Positions 38,474 to 47,604 of a stretch of DNA of 64,000 nucleotides are shown piece after piece. The translations under genes were made by a program, and so were the position numbers. The DNA lies in the NCBI GenBank assembly GCA_050173015.1, contig JBFXLE010000004.1, forward strand, positions 96,001-160,000, written 5' to 3'. Source of the stretch: Calditrichaceae bacterium (GTDB taxonomy: Bacteria > Calditrichota > Calditrichia > Calditrichales > JBFXGD01). Below the pieces are notes generated by a model. That model did not search any database, was not told where the DNA came from, and saw nothing but the letters and a program-made list of their open reading frames with translations. Numbering within the stretch: the stretch's first letter is position 1; every line of letters begins with the position of its first letter.

Positions 38474-38947
38474 TCACTTCCAGAATTCAGGATTCCAGCC
38501 CTTGTCCCCGTGGGTGTGAGCCGCATGCAGTTCCTTGCCGACAGAATCCAAAATAGTTTCATCAATATTTTCTTCGATAAATGTAAAATACTCCTTCTCT
38601 TCAAAACGAATATGCTCAATTAATCTAACCGAAAATTCTCTTAGATATTCAGGCAAACGTTTATTTCCTTTTTTTATTGCATGTATAGTTTTATCAAAAA
38701 ACGAGTGATCTTCCAAAACTTTTTCAATCAGCGCGGATGAAGATTCATTTTTCACAAGCACCGGATTGAGAATATCTTCCTCCTGTCTGAAATGGGCTTT
38801 AAGATGTTTCTCCCACATATCCACAATGTACTCAGAAATTATCTTCCAGTCGGTTTTATTCGACAATCCTCTTTGAATACGTGAAGCGATAACAAGCCCG
38901 TCGTGATGTTCCCAGGAGAGTGTTTCCAAATTGTGATTTCTTTTCAT
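38474..38947 (-). CDS. hemerythrin-like (HHE) domain protein
   Basis: LSWEHHDGL, HFRQEE, EDH, HIRFEE. Confidence 0.82.
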   Translation of the reverse strand: MKRNHNLETLSWEHHDGLVIASRIQRGLSNKTDWKIISEYIVDMWEKHLKAHFRQEEDILNPVLVKNESSSALIEKVLEDHSFFDKTIHAIKKGNKRLPEYLREFSVRLIEHIRFEEKEYFTFIEENIDETILDSVGKELHAAHTHGDKGWNPEFWK

Positions 38948-39103
38948 GTTCTTTTCCTCGATGAATAAATTAGTTTTAAAACATCCCGGTTCACCATAAG
39001 GTCTCCTATAGCCAGCCGGGATGTTGGAGGAGTTTATCTGTTTCAATCAAAAAGTTACGGGATCAGTATTTACGGTCCAGAGTGGCGGATAACTAATGCA
39101 AGT

Positions 39104-39616
39104 TTACCTCGTGATAAACGTCAGGTATGAAGTATCTGAATCATCCGCTTTTTTAATATGCACTTTGTAGTTCTGCTTCTCCATCGCGTCAATCAGCGGT
39201 AACGGTTCAAAATTTGTAGTCAGCAATATAACCTGCCCATTTTTAAAATCTTTCATCAGTTTGTTAATCAGACCAACCGGATGTTCCCCTCTGTCCAGCA
39301 TCTCAGAACCGTCGATCTCCACCTCAGGATTTTTCTTTATCCAATCCGGTTCATCGGTGTGAAAACTGATTTTTGTCTTTGTCGCCTCTTCAAGAGGAGG
39401 AAGTCCGACCCGCTGGCGGAGTGTATTTACAAAATCATCGGTATTCAGACCGCCGATCTGGGCCACTCTTTCCAGAGTTGCCAGTTTTCCGACTGTCCGC
39501 CTCAAAACGGGATTTTTTAAATTTTTAAACGGCGGAGCTATATTGATAATCTGACTCTCCAGGTCGGGATACTCCTCAAGGAGGTCAAATAATTTAGTAA
39601 GCGCGTTAAATTCCAT
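39104..39616 (-). CDS. DUF1858 + DUF2249-like domain protein
   Basis: DLLEEYP..FKNLKNPVLRRTV..ATL; GEHP..NFEPLPLID. Confidence 0.75.
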   Translation of the reverse strand: MEFNALTKLFDLLEEYPDLESQIINIAPPFKNLKNPVLRRTVGKLATLERVAQIGGLNTDDFVNTLRQRVGLPPLEEATKTKISFHTDEPDWIKKNPEVEIDGSEMLDRGEHPVGLINKLMKDFKNGQVILLTTNFEPLPLIDAMEKQNYKVHIKKADDSDTSYLTFITR

Positions 39617-39628
39617 AGTTGTTCTCCT

Positions 39629-40885
39629 TTATTTATCACCGGAGGGTGACTCATCATAATTCAAAAGGCGGCGTTCACCTTCGAGCTGACGGATCTCGCT
39701 AATTTCCTGGGTGACTTCCAGCGTACCCAGATAATTGTTTTTTTCATCGCGAACCGCGTAATAAACGATATAAACAAATTTTCCCTTAACATTTATCCAA
39801 AATCTCGCCTGATCCTGCCTGCCGGATTTGAAATCTTCGAGTATCTCAGTGACGATATGCATACTTGATGGTGGATGACAATATTGAACTTTTCGACCCA
39901 GGATCGCTTTTGTGCGGTCAAAGATGCGTTCCTTACCGAGACTGAAGTAACGGACGTTGTCATCCTTATCCACAAAAGTAAGGTCAAATGGCATGGTGTT
40001 GAGAATACCTGTTAATTCCTCCTGTGAAAGCGAGCCGGTGGGAAGCTGAATCCGGTCTTTTGAATCAAATGTTTTTGCTGTTTCTGAATTTCCCTGAAGT
40101 TCAGGTTTCCATTCTTTTTCCGGAACATAAAGACAATACCCGATTTCATCACTCTGAGTATATATTTCATACCATTCAATTTCTGTCAAAAGATCGATGG
40201 CTGTGGGGAACATGATTTTTTCCTCTTTATAGATCATCTCCTCCAGGGCCTCAAGTGCCGGAAAAACGGCTAAATTTATAAATGCCACCGCTTCATCTCT
40301 TTCAATGGCTTGAATACTGTGCAATCCCTCCTGGAGGACTTTCAGCATTTCTCTTGCCTCGTCATGTTTACCCCACATTACGGAAGGCGGGCCGGGCATA
40401 TTTTTCTTTTCAAAGTAAGGGAATAATAAGTTCTCCTTTCGCCTGTAATGTTTTTCCACATCCATGACATTATTCATTTGAAACTGGATAGCCCTGAATT
40501 TTGGCATAACGCTGATTTCTGCCGGAGAATTTTCAATTTCCTTTCCGAGATGGCGGATTAATTCGATCGTACGGTACAGGGCGATATTTTCCTGCACAAA
40601 GGTATCAATGGGATGCCCGGGTTCAGTTTGCGGTGTCTCCTGATCATTCAAATGTTTGCGCAGAACATTAGTATGGGTATCACATAGCTGCAAAATACTC
40701 TGTTCCGGAATTCCTTCCTCTATCAATTGCAGTTCCATTTTAAATACATCTGAATAATCCGCTTCATCCAAAAGCGATTCGAGCTGTTTTTTTACCGTTG
40801 ATGCGGCTTTTCCATCATGAAGCTGCCGGATTAAACCTTTCATTGTTTCAATCCGCTGATCACGGTTATTAATGAGCTCACTCAT
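39629..40885 (-). CDS. DUF438 / hemerythrin / PAS domain protein
   Basis: LCDTH, GHPIDTF, HYRRKENLLFP, VMWGKHD, DLTFVD..RIF.R..CHPP. Confidence 0.85.
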   Translation of the reverse strand: MSELINNRDQRIETMKGLIRQLHDGKAASTVKKQLESLLDEADYSDVFKMELQLIEEGIPEQSILQLCDTHTNVLRKHLNDQETPQTEPGHPIDTFVQENIALYRTIELIRHLGKEIENSPAEISVMPKFRAIQFQMNNVMDVEKHYRRKENLLFPYFEKKNMPGPPSVMWGKHDEAREMLKVLQEGLHSIQAIERDEAVAFINLAVFPALEALEEMIYKEEKIMFPTAIDLLTEIEWYEIYTQSDEIGYCLYVPEKEWKPELQGNSETAKTFDSKDRIQLPTGSLSQEELTGILNTMPFDLTFVDKDDNVRYFSLGKERIFDRTKAILGRKVQYCHPPSSMHIVTEILEDFKSGRQDQARFWINVKGKFVYIVYYAVRDEKNNYLGTLEVTQEISEIRQLEGERRLLNYDESPSGDK

Positions 40886-42587
40886 AATATATCCTTTCGT
40901 TGGGAATTATAATCTTATCTATACTTTCTTTTGGGTTGGCGCTTCCTGGAGTTTCCATTGTTTTTTTATTCTGAGTCGGTATTTTTCTTAATCTTCTTTT
41001 TATCATTTTTCGTTTTTGATATACTTTCAGATAAAACCAGTCAAATACGCCTGTTAAAATGATAAGAACAAAAAGCAAAGACCCGATGGGAGCTATAAGA
41101 ATGTACCATCCGCCGATAAAATCTTTAAAAATCCTGCCATTGTGCAATTCAAACATGTAATTCCACAAAGACATTCTGAAAGATTGGTTTATTTCGTCCG
41201 GCATCATGAACCGGCCTTCTGAAGTTGCTTTTACGATCGGCATTAACCCCTGTTCGTGAGCCGTAACAAACTCTTCACCCGCGGGGGTCCTGAAATACCC
41301 CGTAATCATTTGCTCAGCGGGACGGACAGAAGTGACATCACCCGGGCCCTTACCCGTCATTAAATCGATTATTTCTCCTGTTTTGCGATTCATTTTGTAA
41401 ATACCATTAAACGAACCTACAAGAAAATCTCCTTCATTGGTGACTTCAAAGACCGTCGCGCCCATTACAAAAACCGGGAAAGGAAAATCCTTTCTCACAA
41501 AGGGTTCACTAAAATCAGATTTTGCAATCCATAATCCGTCGGAACACTGCACAATGATTTGATCATCAACACGGTCATAAAGGGCATTTTGAATTTTTTC
41601 ATCCCAGGGGTTTTCTGAAAGCAAACCCGGATAAAGTTCAGCCGCTATGGTTCCCTCAGCGATTGCCGCGATAAACGGCGGGCGCATAAAGAAAGCAGTG
41701 ATGCCAATCATCAGAAGAAATACCGCTGACCAGATACCGAGTTTTAAATGATATTTGAATAAGAAACGATAAATTGAAAGTAGTTTCTTGTTCGCCGTTG
41801 TCTGCATGCCTGTTCGATGATATTTTTGTCTAAGCTTAAAATACCATGTATAGAGTGAAGACAAGCTCAGAAAGAAGAGCAGCAGGCCTATCAGATCGAA
41901 AAAGATTTTTCCGGGTAATCCCCATACATTGCCGTCATGAAGATCAAAAAATAGCTTGACGAGTGAAACCTGATGATCATCATCGAGCCGATCCATATGC
42001 ACATTTTTAAAGTTGAATTTCTGATTTACAGGGGAAATATAGACTTCTGAATCAGTAAATACGATCAGATTAAGATCCTTTTCGATAATCTTAAGAACAC
42101 GTTCTGTTCTTCCGCCCAGTTTGATGTTTTTCCATTTCCCATCAGACGTATTGGCGGCGTACAGACCGTTATCGGTTCCTGCCAACAAGACGGGTGGATT
42201 TGAATCCGACTCAAGTAAGAGAATATGATTTGTTTTACGATAGTATTGGGATTCCGGAAACCCATCGTTTAAGGCGTAGAAGCTCAAGCCGCCGTCATCT
42301 GTTTTCCATACACCCTGTTTACCGGCGGCAAAACCAATTGAAGGGTTTTGTTCCGAAAATATAAGCTGCCTCAGTGAACTGCGGTTCCAATTTTGAAGCC
42401 GGTATTGGGCCGGAACAAATTCACGAGGTACCGAAATTCCACTGATCAGTTCGGGATGATTCAAAAAAATTCCGGACAAACTCATCCAGGCAAGGAATAA
42501 TACCAGAATGATGCCGATATATTTATGAAGCCACTTTGACTTTTTGAATATCCGCTTCATCATATTTTTTTGAGTATCTTTATTCAT
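40878..42587 (-). CDS. PepSY-associated TM helix domain protein
   Basis: WLHKYIG..SGIFLNH, DLHDG, YHLKLG, ELHNGR. Confidence 0.8.
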   Translation of the reverse strand: MNKDTQKNMMKRIFKKSKWLHKYIGIILVLFLAWMSLSGIFLNHPELISGISVPREFVPAQYRLQNWNRSSLRQLIFSEQNPSIGFAAGKQGVWKTDDGGLSFYALNDGFPESQYYRKTNHILLLESDSNPPVLLAGTDNGLYAANTSDGKWKNIKLGGRTERVLKIIEKDLNLIVFTDSEVYISPVNQKFNFKNVHMDRLDDDHQVSLVKLFFDLHDGNVWGLPGKIFFDLIGLLLFFLSLSSLYTWYFKLRQKYHRTGMQTTANKKLLSIYRFLFKYHLKLGIWSAVFLLMIGITAFFMRPPFIAAIAEGTIAAELYPGLLSENPWDEKIQNALYDRVDDQIIVQCSDGLWIAKSDFSEPFVRKDFPFPVFVMGATVFEVTNEGDFLVGSFNGIYKMNRKTGEIIDLMTGKGPGDVTSVRPAEQMITGYFRTPAGEEFVTAHEQGLMPIVKATSEGRFMMPDEINQSFRMSLWNYMFELHNGRIFKDFIGGWYILIAPIGSLLFVLIILTGVFDWFYLKVYQKRKMIKRRLRKIPTQNKKTMETPGSANPKESIDKIIIPNERIYYE

Positions 42588-42656
42588 ATTCTATTTATAA
42601 GTTGTTTTAAATTTCATTATTTTATAGCAGTTAACTAAAATTTTTTTTGCCCCGAA

Positions 42657-43391
42657 TCAGATTTTTAATACCGCCAGTAAATTGTCGCTTTTTTCGGGAA
42701 TATAGGGATCCAGATTTAGCGAGCCATATAGCTGGACAGTTCCGAATCCAGCCTGTCGGGCGAGTGACATTATTTCTTCTGACCGTATCGGGTACAATAG
42801 ATTGATGATTTCCTTTTTGTTTTTAGGGTTAGAATGCTCCGTAACCCGTATCTTAAACTCAATGAACGGTTCTTTCGAATTATAAATTCGTTCAATCAAA
42901 TGAAGATCAGTGCTTTTAGTCGAAAGAACATAGTTGTCAAAGCTTTTTATCCGGGCATAATTGACCATCTGGAGAAATATATATCCATCTTTCTTGATAA
43001 GTTGTTTCATATTAACAACGGCCTGAAACTGTTCATCGGCACTCAGGAAATGAGGAAAAGTATTGCCAACCATAAAAACAGAATCGAATCTGCCGGAATA
43101 ATTTTCAGCGGCGGAATCGATTCCTGATGTCTCGAATTTTACTTTTTCCGGATATGGGTTGTTTTTTTGAGCCAGATCAATCATGGCTTTTTCGGGATCA
43201 ATCCCAACCATTTCATTAACTTTATCCGCCAGAACGTAGGCAAGGAAACCGCTTCCGCATCCCGCATCCAATATGGTTTTAGCGGGATATTTAGAGAGAA
43301 TGTTTAACCAGAGGGGTTTTTCTCTTACCATTCGTTTTTTTAATTCAGTCATCTCATCATAAAAAACCGCTGTTTCAGAATAAAAACTCAT
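42657..43391 (-). CDS. class I SAM-dependent methyltransferase
   Basis: ILDAGCGSG, VGID, GNTFPH. Confidence 0.88.
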   Translation of the reverse strand: MSFYSETAVFYDEMTELKKRMVREKPLWLNILSKYPAKTILDAGCGSGFLAYVLADKVNEMVGIDPEKAMIDLAQKNNPYPEKVKFETSGIDSAAENYSGRFDSVFMVGNTFPHFLSADEQFQAVVNMKQLIKKDGYIFLQMVNYARIKSFDNYVLSTKSTDLHLIERIYNSKEPFIEFKIRVTEHSNPKNKKEIINLLYPIRSEEIMSLARQAGFGTVQLYGSLNLDPYIPEKSDNLLAVLKI

Positions 43392-43413
43392 AAAATTCCG
43401 CTTTATTTTATAT

Positions 43414-43437
43414 ATATTCTACTAATTGGTAGTATAT
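43414..43437. promoter_or_regulatory. palindromic operator candidate ATATTCTACTAATTGGTAGTATAT
   Basis: 24-bp dyad sharing ATATTCTA-N8-TAGWATAT with 43865-43888. Confidence 0.6.
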
Positions 43438-43452
43438 TAACCCAAAAAATTT

Positions 43453-43866
43453 TTAATATCTGATATTCGGGTCATTTGCTAAATCAGCCAATGACACGTT
43501 GTAATACATCCCGTTGATATTGTCACGCAGAGGCGCCCAGTATTTATGAAGGGAACAGGGATTTGAGTCAGAACAGGAATCGAATCCCAGAATACAGCGA
43601 TCTGCGGTTTCCATACCTTCAACAATATCGACTATCTGGTAAAGGTAAATGGTTTTTTCATCCAGAATAAGCCGGTAACCGCCAACTTTTCCCTGTACAG
43701 ATTCAATAAAGCCGGCCGCGGCTAATTTCGACATTAGTCTTCCCAGGTATTTGTAGGGAATATTCAAAATCTTGTGCAGCTTATTTGTCGAATGTAAACC
43801 ATCTTTATGATTTGCCAGGTAAACCAGCACTCTGATGGCGTATTCTGATGTTTTATAAAGTCTCAT
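43453..43866 (-). CDS. Rrf2-family regulator with three Cys
   Basis: EYAIRVL, YL.RLM..L..AG..S.QG..GGY, CILGFDSCSDSNPCSLH. Confidence 0.92.
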   Translation of the reverse strand: MRLYKTSEYAIRVLVYLANHKDGLHSTNKLHKILNIPYKYLGRLMSKLAAAGFIESVQGKVGGYRLILDEKTIYLYQIVDIVEGMETADRCILGFDSCSDSNPCSLHKYWAPLRDNINGMYYNVSLADLANDPNIRY

Positions 43867-43888
43867 ATTCTATCTCCTGGTAGAATAT
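43865..43888. promoter_or_regulatory. palindromic operator candidate ATATTCTATCTCCTGGTAGAATAT over the rrf2 RBS/start
   Basis: Perfect 8-bp arms ATATTCTA/TAGAATAT. Confidence 0.6.
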
Positions 43889-44093
43889 AATATGTATTTT
43901 TCATGGTTGCAAATAAATTTGAATAAAAGTTGATATATAAATAACTTATGACTAATGTTATACGTAAAATTGTTTATAGGTTTTATGGGGGAAGTTGGAT
44001 TATTATAAGTAAACATTTTCTATAACAGGCTCCCGCAATTTAAATAATCAACAATGCCGATATCATAAAATTACATACTTCAGAGATAAATAT

Positions 44094-46070
44094 ATGAATT
44101 ATTCTGAATTATCCAAAGAGCATTTGATTGCAGAACTTATAAAAATGCAAAATCGTCTCGATGATTTGGAGGAACTCGAACTGGAATACAGATCCAGTTT
44201 TGAATCATTGAAAAGCGGAGAAGCGCGATATAGAAACATTGTTGAAGATCAGACTGAATTAATTTGCAGGTTTCAGCATGATGGGACAATTACGTTTGCT
44301 AACGATACATATTGTAAAACATTTAACAGAACCAGAGCCGAAATGATTGGTTCTAAATTTTTTCCGGACATTCCGGAAGAAGAAAGAAGAATGGTTAAAA
44401 ATGTTTTTAAAAAACTCAACCCTGAAAATCCCATAGTATCATATGTTCACCGGGTTGTTTTGGATAGCGGCGAAATCCGCTGGCACCATTGGACGCTTCG
44501 TTTGATTCTCGGGGCCAACAATCAGGTGAAAGAATATCAGGCGGTCGGCCTGGATATTACAACTCTGAAGAAAACCGAGAAAGAATTACAGTTTGCACGA
44601 GATCAGCTGAGAGCGGTTATCGACGCTGTTCCCGGACTGATAACCTGGGTTGATAAAGATTTAAAGTATATTGGAGCGAATCAATTTTTTGCCAATATTT
44701 TTAACATAAAACCGGAAGATATTGTGGGAAGAAGTGTCGGATTTTCGGGTGCCGATTCAGAGTACATAACGTTCGTTATTGAATTTTTTAAAAATTTCGA
44801 AAATACAGGCTCAAAAGAAACGGTTTCTGTTTTAAATGGACGGAAATATATCCATTTGATCGAAGCTCAGAAATATAATAATGGGAATGGGGCAGTCTTT
44901 GTCGGTATAGATATTACGGAAATTCGATCCACTCAAAAAGAACTCGATCACAGGATCAGGTTTGAAAAACTAATCACATCAATATCAACCCGATTTATCA
45001 ATCTGCCTCCTGAAAAAATTGACAGAACTATTGAAGATTCATTGAGAGAAATCGGTGAATTTGCCGGGATTGACCGTAGTTATGTGTTCCTTTTTACAGA
45101 TGACGGTAAATATATGGAGAATACGCACGAGTGGTGCGCTGATGGGATAGAACCGGAAATTGGTAATCTTCAAAAAATACCGGTCAAAAATTATAAATGG
45201 TGGATGCGAAAACTAAACAAATTTCAACACATACATATCCCCGATGTTGACAAACTCCCTCCTGAAGCGGAGGAAGAGAAAAAGATTCTACAGGCGCAGA
45301 ATATTCAATCGCTGATTGTTCTTCCAATGCGTTCCGGTTCTGCCGGGGCAGATAATCCTCTTGTCGGATTTTTGGGATTTGATCATGTAAAATCCATAAA
45401 CCCCTGGTCTGAGGAGAGCATTGCTCTGTTAACTGTTCTGGGTGAACTTATCGTTAACGTGATAGAGAGAAATAAGATGACCGTGGCCCTGGCACAGGCA
45501 AGGAAAGAAAATGAAATTTTGCAGAGGGAATTACATCAAAGCCATTCAGAGATAAAACTGCTAAACGATCTATCCGGTTTGCTGGAGACGTGCACTGAGA
45601 GTGAAGATGTCTTTTTATTGCTTCGAAATTTTCTGATCAAAATTATTCCTGACACCACCGGTGCCCTTTATCTGCTCAGCGATTCTGAAACGATATTTTA
45701 CATGGCTGTTGAATGGGGTGATGACATTAAATATGAGAATAAAATGATTATGAAAAAGGACTGTTGGGCGCTTAAACGATTACAACCGCATAAATTCAGC
45801 AATCCTGAATCAGATCTTGCATGTAAGCATGTGACCGGTGACAATGGCCATCATTATTTTTGTATCCCTATGATCGTGCAGGGAGAATTAATGGGGCTTT
45901 TTCATCTAAGAAGATCCTTTCCGAAAACAGGTCACATTAAAGGAACCAATAATCTGTTGAATGAATCCGACCTTCAGCTCGCCCGCGCTTTGGCGGGGCA
46001 TATCAGCGTCATTTTAAACAATTTGAGTCTCAAGAAAATGTTTGACGGTAAATTAGGTAAGAATAAGTAA
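44094..46070 (+). CDS. PAS-PAS-GAF-GAF sensor protein with no recognisable output domain
   Basis: YRNIVEDQTELICRF (PAS), IDRSYVF..THEWC (GAF), CWALKR..CIPMIVQGE (GAF). Confidence 0.8.
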   Translation: MNYSELSKEHLIAELIKMQNRLDDLEELELEYRSSFESLKSGEARYRNIVEDQTELICRFQHDGTITFANDTYCKTFNRTRAEMIGSKFFPDIPEEERRMVKNVFKKLNPENPIVSYVHRVVLDSGEIRWHHWTLRLILGANNQVKEYQAVGLDITTLKKTEKELQFARDQLRAVIDAVPGLITWVDKDLKYIGANQFFANIFNIKPEDIVGRSVGFSGADSEYITFVIEFFKNFENTGSKETVSVLNGRKYIHLIEAQKYNNGNGAVFVGIDITEIRSTQKELDHRIRFEKLITSISTRFINLPPEKIDRTIEDSLREIGEFAGIDRSYVFLFTDDGKYMENTHEWCADGIEPEIGNLQKIPVKNYKWWMRKLNKFQHIHIPDVDKLPPEAEEEKKILQAQNIQSLIVLPMRSGSAGADNPLVGFLGFDHVKSINPWSEESIALLTVLGELIVNVIERNKMTVALAQARKENEILQRELHQSHSEIKLLNDLSGLLETCTESEDVFLLLRNFLIKIIPDTTGALYLLSDSETIFYMAVEWGDDIKYENKMIMKKDCWALKRLQPHKFSNPESDLACKHVTGDNGHHYFCIPMIVQGELMGLFHLRRSFPKTGHIKGTNNLLNESDLQLARALAGHISVILNNLSLKKMFDGKLGKNK

Positions 46071-46395
46071 TCCGGATGACTATAAAAATAAAAGATAATA
46101 CTGATTCTACAGAGAAATATTACCCGCTATTTTCATAAATTGCATGCCTTTTCCGGGATAGAAATTTACGATTTAAAAAAATATTCACATTCTAAAAGGC
46201 CATAATTGAATTCCGGTCAGATTTGTGTCCGACAAGGATAATGTCTTTTGTATTTCACGGAGAGTAAATTAATCAACAAATGAAGTTGAGTGAATCGAGC
46301 TAATTTCTAATATGAATTTTTGCTTTAAAGCCGGCGGGAATATATATTCATCATTTACTTAAAGTAATCTTTTTGAATTTTTAAAGGAATCTGAA

Positions 46396-47103
46396 ATGAG
46401 CAGCGGAGATATTCAGGGTCTGGTCCTGACGTACGCGAGTGTATTCTTAGTCTTGTTGACTGTCGAGAAATTCAGAAAAAAATTTAACTGGCCGCAGTAT
46501 CTGACCAGAAAAATTGTTCATATTGCGGGGGGCATGTGGATTTGGGTCATTTTGTATTTTTTTGATCACTGGTATATGGGACTTATTCCGTTTGGATCTT
46601 TTATCTTTTTGAACTATATCTTTCACAAAAAACATACTTTCAAGTCTATTGATGACAAGGGGTCAACGCCGGGAACAATATATTTTTCGTTTTCTATCAC
46701 GCTTTTGCTTCTTGTGTTTTGGAGAACGGACGGGAGCCCTGACCGGGTTCCGATCGCGGTAGCGGCGATCATGGCTATGACCTGGGGTGATGCGTTAGCC
46801 TGTCTGGTTGGTGAAAGATGGGGAACCAGAAGAATAGAGGTTTTCGGAAATGGTTTTACACCGGAAGGTTCGATAGCGATGTTCATCTTCAGTTTTATCA
46901 GTATGACCCTGACCCTGTTTTTGCTGTCAAATTCAATATTGAGTCCATACAGCGATACGATGACTCTGACGCGGGCGACCGCTCATTCGTTAATTGGCGC
47001 GTCTGTCGCCCTTACCGCAGAAATGTTTTCGGCCGGTGGAACTGACAATCTTTCCGTTCCTCTGTTCACGGGACTTACACTTTGGATCCTAAGTGTGTTA
47101 TAG
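46396..47103 (+). CDS. phytol/dolichol kinase-like CTP-dependent polyprenol kinase
   Basis: RKIVHI, GTIYF, MTWGDALA.LVG..WG, EGS.AMF, DNLSVP. Confidence 0.82.
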   Translation: MSSGDIQGLVLTYASVFLVLLTVEKFRKKFNWPQYLTRKIVHIAGGMWIWVILYFFDHWYMGLIPFGSFIFLNYIFHKKHTFKSIDDKGSTPGTIYFSFSITLLLLVFWRTDGSPDRVPIAVAAIMAMTWGDALACLVGERWGTRRIEVFGNGFTPEGSIAMFIFSFISMTLTLFLLSNSILSPYSDTMTLTRATAHSLIGASVALTAEMFSAGGTDNLSVPLFTGLTLWILSVL

Positions 47104-47145
47104 AAAAATTCTTGGAATAATGAAAAATATATCCGGAAAGGCTGA

Positions 47146-47604
47146 ATGAAACTAGCAACATTATGTTATATCCGTGACAAAGATAAGACTCTCATGCTTC
47201 ATCGAATAAAAAAAGACAACGACATACATGAGGGGAAGTGGAATGGTCTTGGAGGCAAACTGGAACCCGGAGAAACTCCGGAGGAATGCGTGATACGGGA
47301 AGTAAAGGAAGAATCGGGTTTAGACATCATCAGCCCGGTCCTAAAAGGCGTACTAACTTTCCCGGAGTTCAGCAAAAGTGAAGACTGGTATGTGTTTCTA
47401 TTCGTGGCGGACAAATTTACCGGTAAGTTAATGGAGTCAAATGAGGGTCATTTGCAGTGGATTGACAATAAAATGATTAAGGACTTACCCTTGTGGGAAG
47501 GGGATCACCTGTTCCTTGATTGGCTTGAGCGGGACCGCTTTTTTTCCGCGAAATTTGTTTATCGTGATGATCAGTTGGTCGGGCACGGTGTAACATTTTA
47601 CTAA
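47146..47604 (+). CDS. NUDIX hydrolase, 8-oxo-dGTP diphosphatase-like
   Basis: WNGLGGKLEPGETPEECVIREVKEESG. Confidence 0.9.
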   Translation: MKLATLCYIRDKDKTLMLHRIKKDNDIHEGKWNGLGGKLEPGETPEECVIREVKEESGLDIISPVLKGVLTFPEFSKSEDWYVFLFVADKFTGKLMESNEGHLQWIDNKMIKDLPLWEGDHLFLDWLERDRFFSAKFVYRDDQLVGHGVTFY

